A stretch of DNA of 64,000 nucleotides from Macrostomum lignano (Eukaryota). How positions within the stretch are numbered: position 1 is the first letter of the stretch; each line of letters begins with the position of its first letter. Below are positions 31,701 to 42,351 of this stretch, one piece after another. Position numbers and translations under genes: made by a program. The notes below the pieces were generated by a model, which saw only the letters and a program-made list of their open reading frames with translations, had not been told where the DNA came from and searched no databases. The stretch is from contig NIVC01003606.1 of the NCBI GenBank assembly GCA_002269645.1, positions 24,453-88,452 on the forward strand, given 5' to 3'.

Positions 31701-34700
31701 TACAGCCTCCTCACTCCCCCCCAATAGACGCCCCTCATTCCTACAGCCTCACTCCCCCCAAATGGACACCCCTCATTCCTACAGCCTCACTCCCCGCAAA
31801 TGGACACCCCTCATTCCTACAGCCTCCTCACTCCCCCAAATGGACACCCCTCATTCCTACAGCCTCACTCCCCCCAAATGGACACCCCTCATTCCTACAG
31901 CCTCCTCACTCCCCCCAAATAGACGCCCCTCATTCCTACAGCCTCCTCACTCCCCTCAAATAGACGCCCCTCATTCCTACAGCCTCCTCACTCCCCCAAA
32001 TAGGCACCCCTCATTCCTACAGCCTCCTCACTCCCCCCAAATGGACACCCCTCATTCCTACAGCCTCACTCCCCGCAAATGGACACCCCTCATTCCTACA
32101 GCCTCCTCACTCCCCCCAAAATGGACACCCCTCATTCCTACAGCCTCCTCACTCCCCCCAAATGGACACCCCTCATTCCTACAGCCTCCTCACTCCCCCC
32201 AAATAGACGCCCCTCATTCCTACAGCCTCCTCACTCCCCCCAAATGGACACCCCTCATTCCTACAGCCTCCTCACTCCCCCCAAATAGGCACCCCTTATT
32301 CCTACAGCCTCCTCACTCCCCCGAAATGGACACCCCTCATTCCTACAGCCTCACTCCCCGCAAATGGACACCCCTCATTCCTACAGCCTCCTCACTCCCC
32401 CCAAATGGACACCCCTCATTCCTACAGCCTCCTTACTCCCCCCCAATAGACGCCCCTCATTCCTACAGCCTCACTCCCCCCAAATGGACACCCCTCATTC
32501 CTACAGCCTCACTCCCCGCAAATGGACACCCCTCATTCCTACAGCCTCCTCACTCCCCCCAAATGGACACCCCTCATTCCTACAGCCTCACTCCCCCCAA
32601 ATGGACACCCCTCATTCCTACAGCCTCCTCACTCCCCCAAATAGACGCCCCTCATTCCTACAGCCTCCTCACTCCCCTCAAATAGACGCCCCTCATTCCT
32701 ACAGCCTCCTCACTCCCCCCAAATAGGCACCCCTCATTCCTACAGCCTCCTCACTCCCCCAAATGGACACCCCTCATTCCTACAGCCTCACTCCCCGCAA
32801 ATGGACACCCCTCATTCCTACAGCCTCCTCACTCCCCCAAATGGACACCCCTCATTCCTACAGCCTCCTCACTCCCCCCAAATAGACGCCCCTCATTCCT
32901 ACAGCCTCCTCACTCCCCCCAAATGGACACCCCTCATTCCTACAGCCTCCTCACTCCCCCCAAATAGACGCCCCTCATTCCTACAGCCTCCTCACTCCCC
33001 CAAATGGACACCCCTCATTCCTACAGCCTCCTCACTCCCCCAAATGGACACCCCTCATTCCTACAGCCTCACTCCCCGCAAATGGACACCCCTCATTCCT
33101 ACAGCCTCCTCACTCCCCCCAAATGGACACCCCTCATTCCTACAGCCTCCTCACTCCCCCCCAATAGACGCCCCTCATTCCTACAGCCTCACTCCCCCCA
33201 AATGGACACCCCTCATTCCTACAGCCTCACTCCCCGCAAATGGACACCCCTCATTCCTACAGCCTCCTCACTCCCCCCAAATGGACACCCCTCATTCCTA
33301 CAGCCTCACTCCCCCCAAATGGACACCCCTCATTCCTACAGCCTCCTCACTCCCCCCAAATAGACGCCCCTCATTCCTACAGCCTCCTCACTCCCCCCAA
33401 ATAGGCACCCCTCATTCCTACAGCCTCCTCACTCCCCCCAAATGGACACCCCTCATTCCTACAGCCTCACTCCCCGCAAATGGACACCCCTCATTCCTAC
33501 AGCCTCCTCACTCCCCCAAAATGGACACCCCTCATTCCTACAGCCTCCTCACTCCCCCCAAATAGACGCCCCTCATTCCTACAGCCTCCTCACTCCCCCC
33601 AAATGGACACCCCTCATTCCTACAGCCTCACTCCCCGCAAATGGACACCCCTCATTCCTACAGCCTCCTCACTCCCCCCAAATGGACACCCCTCATTCCT
33701 ACAGCCTCCTCACTCCCCCCAAATAGGCACCCCTTATTCCTACAGCCTCCTCACTCCCCCGAAATGGACACCCCTCATTCCTACAGCCTCACTCCCCGAA
33801 AATGGACACCCCTCATTCCTACAGCCTCCTCACTCCCCCCAAATGGACACCCCTCATTCCTACAGCCTCCTTACTCCCCCCCCCAATAGACGCCCCTCAT
33901 TCCTACAGCCTCACTCCCCCCAAATGGACACCCCTCATTCCTACAGCCTCACTCCCCGCAAATGGACACCCCTCATTCCTACAGCCTCCTCACTCCCCCC
34001 AAATGGACACCCCTCATTCCTACAGCCTCACTCCCCCAAATGGACACCCCTCATTCCTACAGCCTCCTCACTCCCCCCAAATAGACGCCCCTCATTCCTA
34101 CAGCCTCCTCACTCCCCTCAAATAGACGCCCCTCATTCCTACAGCCTCCTCACTCCCCCCAAATAGGCACCCCTCATTCCTACAGCCTCCTCACTCCCCC
34201 AAATGGACACCCCTCATTCCTACAGCCTCACTCCCCGCAAATGGACACCCCTCATTCCTACAGCCTCCTCACTCCCCCAAATGGACACCCCTCATTCCTA
34301 CAGCCTCCTCACTCCCCCAAATAGACGCCCCTCATTCCTACAGCCTCCTCACTCCCCCCAAATGGACACCCCTCATTCCTACAGCCTCCTCACTCCCCCA
34401 AATAGACGCCCCTCATTCCTACAGCCTCCTCACTCCCCCAAATGGACACCCCTCATTCCTACAGCCTCCTCACTCCCCCAAATAGGCACCCCTTATTCCT
34501 ACAGCCTCCTCACTCCCCCCAAATGGACACCCCTCATTCCTACAGCCTCACTCCCCGCAAATGGACACCCCTCATTCCTACAGCCTCCTCACTCCCCCCA
34601 AATGGACACCCCTCATTCCTACAGCCTCCTCACTCCCCCCAAATAGACGCCCCTCATTCCTACAGCCTCACTCCCCGCAAATGGACACCCCTCTTTCCTA

Positions 34701-37522
34701 AAGTCTCACTCCCTATAGACACCCTCATTTCTACAGCCTCCCCACTCCTTCCTAATGGAGACCCCGCATTCCTACAGCCTCCCCAGTCCTTCCTAATGGA
34801 GAACCCTCATTCCTACAGCCTCCCCAGTCTTTCCTAATGGAGACCCCTCATTCCTACAGCCTCCTCAGTCCTTCCTAATGGAGACCCCTCATTCCTACAG
34901 CCTCACTGTCAACCTCAGCTACTCCCTGTTGTTGATTTCAGTGACTGAACCGCCCAAAGGAAGTATTGATGCAATGGCAGCCATGACAGCCAGAATGACA
35001 GATGAGCTGTCTGGGAAACTCGGACAAGGCTGCAGCTGCCCCAGAGAGGTGCTACCGCAAAGCAACCGAACCCACAGCTGGTTTCCCGCGGAGCCGAACG
35101 GATCGCCGTGGGTTCGCATGCAGACGTGGTTCAGCTTGGATCGGCGCACATTTCGAGCGTCCGTCCAGCGGGTGTGGCTCTTTTGCTTGCCATTTTTAGC
35201 AATTTTTACGCGACTACTTACAGTAGCTGTATCCTATTTTTTATTCCGGACATTTTCAGCTCGAACAGATGAGTCACGTGATCATGGTATTCCACAACGA
35301 TCCGGAAATAGAGGAAGCTGTTTTCGGATTTTTAGTCAACAAGCCCTTGAAGGGTTGGTCAACTTTTTTGACGATATCTTTTGATTGATTAACTTGCATA
35401 GAGAAAAAGTCACTTAACTGATCCTCAATCAACAATCAATTTAGGTATTGAAATCTTCACTGGCGTGATGTCGGCTCTGGCTGTGTGCTTCTCGCTGACC
35501 ATCATGGTTATGACGGCCACCTACCTGCGCAGCACAGCAGTCTCCAAATCTGTGAGCTAGCGAATTTGACACAGATATATCTAATAGGGGAATTAGACTG
35601 ATTGGGTCATGGAATCTAAAAGACGTGTTGTTTTTCACGTGTTGTTTGTCTGTCTGTGTGTGTCTAAGGATTAGAACAATCTTTAAGGGTATTCGCAAGG
35701 CTGGGTTAGAAATACTGAAGTCGGAGATTTGGTGATGGGGAATTAGGGAGGCTGGTCGGAAAATCTGTGATGGGGAATTAGGGAGGCTGGATTGGAGAAT
35801 CAGTGATGGGGAATTAGAGAGGCCTGGATCGGAGAATCAGTTATGGTGAATCAGGGAGGCTGGATTGGAGAATCAGTGAAGGGGAATTAGGGAGGCTGGA
35901 TTGGAGAATCAGTGAAGGGGAATCAGGGAGGCTGGATTGGAAAATCAGTGATGGGGAATTAGGGAGGCTGGATTGGAGAATCAGTGATGGGGAATCGGCT
36001 AGTTGTAATAGTCAATTTCTATAGTGAATTATTTCAATGACAATTGTCAAAGTAAAGTTCAAAGTTTGAACCCTCGAACAATACGCATGCACCGCAACAG
36101 TGCTCGGGAGACCGATCGGGCGGACCCAACTCGCGGTGCCTGAACTCCTACTGCGATACGGGCAGAGAGCGAGAGCAATTCCCGCCGGACACAGGGATCT
36201 ACATGGGCTGAAATTCTGTGCTGCGCCACCACTATAGACACTTGGGCCCGAACGCACCAGGACAATGTACATGTCACTGGCCTGGTACTGACTAAGCAAT
36301 ATATTTTGCTCAAAGTTTACTCCAGAATGAACATATACATGATCTCCTGTTTATTGTGTCTAATTTTTCTAAAACACTTGCCGCTGAGTAGAATAATAAC
36401 TTGCAAATTCAGTAATTTTTCAGTAATCCTTTTCACTGCGCTTATCAAATAAACGGTGCATCATTTTTCAGTGACTCAACGTCAAAAATGCTCTGACTTC
36501 GGGCTCATATATGCTCTGACTTGGGGCTCATGCTCTGACTTGGGGCTCATACATGCTCTGACTTGGGGCTCATGCTCTGACTTGGGGCTCACACAAGCTC
36601 CGACTTGGGGCTCATATATGCTCTAATTTGGGGCTGATATATCCTCTGACTTGGGGCTCATATATGCTGACTGAGGGCTCATATATCCTCTGCTTGGGCT
36701 CATATATGCTCTGCTTGAGGCTCATAGATGCTGACTTGGGGCTCATATATCCTCTGCTTGGGGCTCATATGCTCAGACCTGGGGCTCATATATGCTGACT
36801 TAGGGCTCATATATCCTCTGCTTGGGGCTCATATATGCTCTGCTTGAGGCTCATAGATGCTGACTTGGGGCTCATATATCCTCTGCTTGAGGCTCATATA
36901 TCGTCTGACTTGGGGCTCATATATGCTCTAATTTATGGGTCATAGATGCTCTGACTTGGGGCTCATATATGCTCTAATTTATGGGTCATAGATGCTCTGA
37001 CTTGGGGCTCATATATGCTCTGACTTGGGGCTCATACGGGGCTCTCGATTTTTCAGAAACATTAACCAAGAAAATATGGCGTTTGAAAAGGCATGATTTA
37101 GGCTACTGATGAACAAAGCGACTTTAATTATCTGAGCTGTTCCATCTCTGAGCACTAATTGCCCCATTGGTTCCCCAGGGATTGCTAAAAATCATTCAGG
37201 AACTCAAGAAATCGCTGGCTGTTTTCAGCTAAGAGTAAGTTAAAACTGAATGCAGATTCAAAGTGTTTCGAAAGGGCTGAACTGCCTTTCCAACCAAGTC
37301 TTAATGGTCAATGATGGAACTGCCACGCAGCATCAAAGTGAATTGTTGACCAAAGAGCTGTTGAGAAGCCCTGCTCAGCAGCATCAATCAATCTCTTTGA
37401 CGGCAAGAGTCCCTCGGGGTCGGCCACTGGACAGTGGGCAAATTCTGCATAAAATGGCGAGTGGTTCGACCTCGCCCCCATTGCGTCAACTGCCACAACT
37501 TGACAGGGCCTTCTCAATCTAA
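28382..37522 (+). CDS. Putative uncharacterised type I membrane protein (signal peptide, about 120-aa ectodomain with NRT/NGS sequons, one TM helix, cytoplasmic tail)
   Basis: Exons 28382-28469, 28957-28998, 34942-35171, 35260-35353, 35445-35551 join in frame through GT-AG sites (donors GTGAGT, GTGAGT, GTGTGG, GTTGGT, GTGAGC). [27 protein letters not shown]. Last exon 37256-37522 is tentative (weak acceptor); otherwise the ORF stops at 35560. Confidence 0.62.
28485..28742. repeat. (CTGT)n microsatellite
   Basis: Direct reading. Confidence 0.96.
28751..28764. promoter_or_regulatory. Perfect RFX X-box GTTTCCATGGTAAC
   Basis: Exact match to GTTNCCATGGNAAC; lies in intron 1 of the putative membrane-protein gene. 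Confidence 0.6.
29035..34905. repeat. About 37-41-bp C-rich minisatellite (CCCTCATTCCTACAGCCTCCTCACTCCCCCCAAATGGACAC), about 5.9 kb
   Basis: About 150 units with recurring variant order; fills the intron 28999-34941. Confidence 0.98.
35730..36000. repeat. About 36-bp tandem repeat (GATGGGGAATTAGGGAGGCTGGATTGGAGAATCAGT)
   Basis: About 7 units. Confidence 0.9.
36490..37040. repeat. About 21-23-bp degenerate minisatellite (GCTCTGACTTGGGGCTCATATAT)
   Basis: About 24 units. Confidence 0.92.
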
Positions 37523-38152
37523 CAGGTGAGAAGAACTCAGCTCTTGTGTCAATCAATTTACTAAGCCATGCAGCATTTTGTAGGCCATGAAACTCAATGG
37601 AAGCAGTCGCTTTTCACCCAACTCAAAACACTGTTATAATTGAATCGGCGCGTTGGTCTCATTCGCGATTCTGTATACCAGCAGTCCAAAACCCGCTGCC
37701 GACACTGTCGATGCCATCTGAGCCCCGGCTGCTGTCCGTTGGGACCTTGCCGGACTGGGTGGGGCGCTCAATGCTCTTGGAGTCTAGCAGGGGAGTTGCT
37801 GAACTGCTCAGGTGGCTCAAGAGCCGATAGCGCCTCAAACTGATGCAATTAATACTAGGGTGCCCCATGCTAGCCCCAAAAATGCCGCAGCTGCAGACAA
37901 GGGCACTGAATTATTCACAATCACAAGCTGGTAGCTTATAAAGTCCACAAGGAAAGCGAGTCGAAGAGGCACCGACCGACCGCTCGCAACCAACCGATCG
38001 ACAGAGAAGCCATAGCCAGCCTTACCTCAGCTAGTCCATTGTTCGACAAAATTAATCGGGGAAAAAGGTAGAACAAAACCCATCGGCCGAATCTTTTTAT
38101 CAACAATCTTGCATAATAATCACCCAACCCTGCAGGATCCAAACTTGAAGCC

Positions 38153-38510
38153 ATGCAGCCAGTCAGCGCTATCGCCATCTGCACCTTGTGCTTCCTGGTG
38201 GCCGCCACCTCCGCGGGGCTCGGGGCCGCCCAGGCCGAGGCCGGCAGCAGCGACTGCCGCCTTTCGCCAAGGGAGCTGAGCCGCACCGTGACGTCGCTCT
38301 ACCGCAACTTCCTTATCTACCTGGAGGCGCAGGGTGAGACGGCCCTGGAGCTCGGTGGCCCGGTGAAACGCGGCCCAGCCAAGCGCAAAGACAAATACGT
38401 GTGGAGGTGAGCCAGCCGCGTTGATGAATGCACCAATTTTAAGACAATCCTGAGCACAACTGATCAAAGCAAACCAACTGCCTACTTTCCTACATAACTT
38501 CAGGCTTTGA
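38153..38510 (+). CDS. Putative secreted peptide (prohormone-like) precursor, about 86 aa
   Basis: Acceptor TGCAG| at 38135, start context GAAGCCATG, signal peptide MQPVSAIAICTLCFLVAATSA, dibasic KR sites in GPVKRGPAKRKDKYVWR. Donor AG|GTGAGC at 38406/7 and acceptor TTCAG| at 38503 give ..YVWRL* (unspliced: ..YVWR* at 38410). Confidence 0.7.
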
Positions 38511-39949
38511 AACTCCGAGCAGCACACAAGGGAAGCAAGGAACCTCGGACCGGCAGCGAAGTCACTGATATCTATATCTGTGCCGCTTTGACTGACTGAC
38601 AACACATTTTGCTTTGATAATAAAACAGTTTTTAGGAAAAAATACAAAAGCAAATCGCAACAAAGCTGCCCCTTAAAAGCCGATTATTGACATTAAAAAT
38701 TGAGAAAAAAGGTTCGCTCTGAGCCTAACACAATAAGCTGGTAGTAGTTGAAGGCCGGCCCTGTAAATATATTGGTTTCAACGTAACACTTACAGTACAG
38801 TTACAGTAATATTAATAATAGTAGCAACGATATAATGATTATGAAATTTAAAAAAAAATTTAAACAGAAAAGTCGATTAGACGCAAAAGTGGCAAAACTG
38901 AACACAGCAAATAAAGGAGGCTTGGAGAAGAGTGGGGGGGTCGCAAAAAACTGGAAGTAGAGAAGCAAATACACAGCAAAAAAGGTACCAAAAAGGTCGA
39001 ATAAAGGTACAAATACAAACAAGCATATATATAGTCTGTCAGAGGCGACAATAATACGACACCTGGGGGAAAAAGGTTGCTAGAAAATTGTTTAACAAAC
39101 GGAAAGCCACTAAGGAGAGGAGAAAAAACACAATGTGATAGCTAGATTGAGTTAATGGCTAGGATTCTGTGTCGATGTAAACTCGGGCCAATTCAATTAA
39201 TCATTTAATAGTTAAAGCAATAAAAAACACAGAGAACGCAAAAAGCAAGGATTGCAAGAGAGATTTAATTTTTATGGATCAAGTTTCAAATACAAGCAAA
39301 ACTAAATCCAGCGTATGGTCATAGGCGACAGAGATTTCAAATAGACCGGAATGAACTGAAGCCCTCAGCTCTTTGATAGTGTAATTATTAATAAATAATT
39401 AACAACAAAAAATAACGCTTCAAATTGCACACTTCTTATCCCGCAAAGCAGACACTAACAGAACTGGTTGGCGGAGCCTTTGTAAAAAATGAAGACAAAA
39501 ATGAACGGCTTAGCACAGGACTTGTTAGTATTTAGAACATTAATGCAAAAAACTGCACAACTGAATAGATATGTAGACGTGTGTGTGTGTGTGTGTGTTC
39601 ATGTGTGCAAACAAATATAATAAATTAATAATAATACATAAAAACAGCTGTACCTACCTACTAGTGCAAGTAGGAAATGGAGTTTATTGCCGTTATCCTC
39701 TAACTATCTATATCCACTGCGAGAGGCAGGAGAGGAGGGGCAGATTGGCGGTTTAGCGGGCTCCGTACTTTATAAAAGCAGCAACAAAAAGTGTATCAGA
39801 GCAAAAAAACACAAGAATAGAAAGCGCGACTGTGTGAACTTATCTTTCTTCAAGTAGGTTTACTCACTCAGCGAGTAGATAAACTGAAGGAGGGTACAGT
39901 GCTATTGCCTTTGTCCGCTGAGTCAATAATATAATATTCGCAGGAGGGC

Positions 39950-40008
39950 TGGGGCACACCCTGGTGCAACAACCAACGCTGACGGGTGTACACAGCGGCC
40001 CTAACTTT
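39950..40008 (-). mobile_element. Short SINE core fragment
   Basis: Minus strand AAAGTTAGGGCCGCTGTACAC matches the SINE body. Confidence 0.55.
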
Positions 40009-41443
40009 TATTTCTACACAGATTTTTAATAGAATTATCAACTTGACTATCAGCTGGAGGCAGGCAAATTTCCAGTTTCACGTCAAATGACAACAACCGT
40101 ATTTGCGTACTCAAAGTAGTATATGGATAAAGTAGTATGGATAAAAAATGATTTAGCGGACAAACATAAATTACTATATAATAAAAAGCAAAAAAACTAG
40201 AGACAGAAAGAGGACAAAAAGTAAGAACAAGGCAAGCTAAGAGAGCAATAAGGTCACAATTGCAGATCATGGATTGTTAATATAAGAATATAAACAGGTA
40301 TAGAATATAGAGATATATAGATATAGCTTCAGTATAAAAACAATACCAATTATTTTTGTTTGAAACTTTTGTGATAGAAAATACTTGACCTCGCGCAGTA
40401 TACACTACTAACGGCAATGCTAATAAGTGAGTAAATGTTTTTTATTTAATTTTTTTTCAATAGAACAGTTTTTAAGTTTGAAAAAGATCAACCAGATTGA
40501 CTTCGGTGACATGCAAAGAGTGTTGGGTGGCATCGGGGGTACAAGTGCATGTATAGCATATATATATAGTTAATGTAAACTATTTGGAGCGGAATTAAAG
40601 TACTTGCTAGCTCAAATATCTGTGTATACCCTTACTAATATAAGCTAATAATTAGATGAGGAATGTTTATTCTGCAACGGCAATTTAAGGAGGGGGGGGC
40701 AATTGAAACCCAGACAAAAAAGCAGGCTTGACAGCAATGAAAAAAGAGACTTCCGTATTGAGATTAAAGTGAGCTTATAAAAAAGTAAAAAAAAACAAAG
40801 TTTTACGTTTTTTTGTTTGTGATTTTTTCTTTTAAATAGAAAGCGGCTTATAATATATACGTAAGTTTAAAATATGAAAGCAAAAAATGAAGCAAAAACT
40901 TGAGAATATTTTGTTACACAAATAGACAGTGGAAGCATTTGCAGTCTCATGGACATTACACGGTGCATTTACACATCAATGATATTTGCTTCTCGGAACT
41001 TGAAGCAAAAACATTAGGTTATGACAAAATGGCAACAAACTGGTCGCTTAACAAATACTACTGCAGCGGCTACTACTATCAGTAATAATAATAATAATGA
41101 AAAGTATAAGTTCAAAGAGAAGAACAAAAAATTAAAATTAAAATTGCCCAAAGGGGAGGAAAAGTATTGAGTAAATCATCAATGTTGACACAGAAGAGCA
41201 CCCTTGTTTTAGAAGCAAGTGGGGGGGGGTAGGAGGTCGTATTGTCAGTGACAGCGGGCAAAACACCGCGGATCAAGTTATGTTAATCCTTACAATCCGT
41301 TTCATCCAGCGAAAGTCTGGCCTTGTAATGCTCAGTCTGAAAACGGACAGATAGTGAGTTGCTAGGGGAAAGGAGAGGTTATTAATTGAGATAAAAATTA
41401 AGAATGCCATTCTCAAGACATACACAAAGTGCCACAAGAGAAA

Positions 41444-41703
41444 GGGGAGCCGTAGCCTAGTGGTCTAGCTCGGCGTTCCGATGGGCCAGCGACCCAGGCT
41501 CGATTCCAAGTGCAATTAACGCTTTTGAGGGCCAACCCCCAAAGCGCAGTGAAGTGTACATGCCTAACGATAAACAAAGTTAGGGCCGCTGTACACTCCT
41601 GTGCCTGCCCAGGGGAGTCGGCAAAATAGTAGCAATGCCTCTCGCCGGTTGTGTGACTTAATGTCGCTTAAAGTGCAGTGCGCCTAGCCTTTAACTAAAA
41701 AAA
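41444..41703 (+). mobile_element. tRNA-derived SINE, diverged and internally deleted copy
   Basis: GGGGAGCCGTAGCCTAG head, GGCTCGATTCCAAGTGCA, shared core, short A tail; deletion between the two GTGCA/ATTAA-like motifs. Confidence 0.8.
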
Positions 41704-41709
41704 CTCGAA

Positions 41710-42292
41710 CTATGAGACAAGGGGTGCCAACTTTGAGACAAGGAGCGCCAAACTTTGAGACAAGGGGCGCCGACTTTGAAAGAAGGGGCACAAAATTCGA
41801 GACAAGAGGTGCCAACTTTGAGACAAGGGGCGCCAACTTTGAGACAGGGGGCGCCAACTATGAGACAAGGGGCGCCAACTTTGAGACAAGGGGCGCCAAC
41901 TTTGAGACAGGGGGCGCCGACTTTGAGACAAGGGGCGCCGAAATTTAAGACAAGAGGCGCCACGCCCACTTGGAGACAAGGGGCGCCAACTTTGAGACAA
42001 GGGGCGCCAACTTTGAGACAGGGGGCTATAACTATGAGACAAGGGGCGCCAACTATGAGACAAGGGGCGCCAACTATGAGACAAGGGGTGCCAACTTTGA
42101 GACAGGGGGCGCCGACTTTGAGACAAGGGGCGCCGAAATTTAAGACAAGAGGCGCCACGCCCACTTGGAGACAAGGGGCGCCAACTATGAGACAAGAGGT
42201 GCCAACTTTGAGACAAGGGGCGCCAACTTTAAGACAGGGGGTGCCAACTTTGAGACAAGGGGTGCCAACTTTGAGACAGGGATCACCAAACT
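41710..42292. repeat. 21-bp minisatellite (GAGACAAGGGGCGCCAACTTT)n
   Basis: About 26 units, inside the predicted brat 3'UTR intron. Confidence 0.96.
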
Positions 42293-42351
42293 GAAATCTA
42301 AGAAAGAAAAAGCCCCTTAACAAGAGCAATAGAACAAGGCTTACCCAGGTC

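Noticed and set aside
28950-34837. Many Pro/His-rich ORFs
   Set aside because: Minisatellite translation, broken by C-run length changes
35172-35384. Second TM helix in the 168-aa ORF 34878-35384
   Set aside because: The T-rich segment is better explained as an 88-nt intron; splicing gives a more protein-like frame that joins the next exon
41691-42329. Repeat ORFs (TLRQGAP, GAPCLKV)
   Set aside because: 21-bp minisatellite inside a predicted UTR intron
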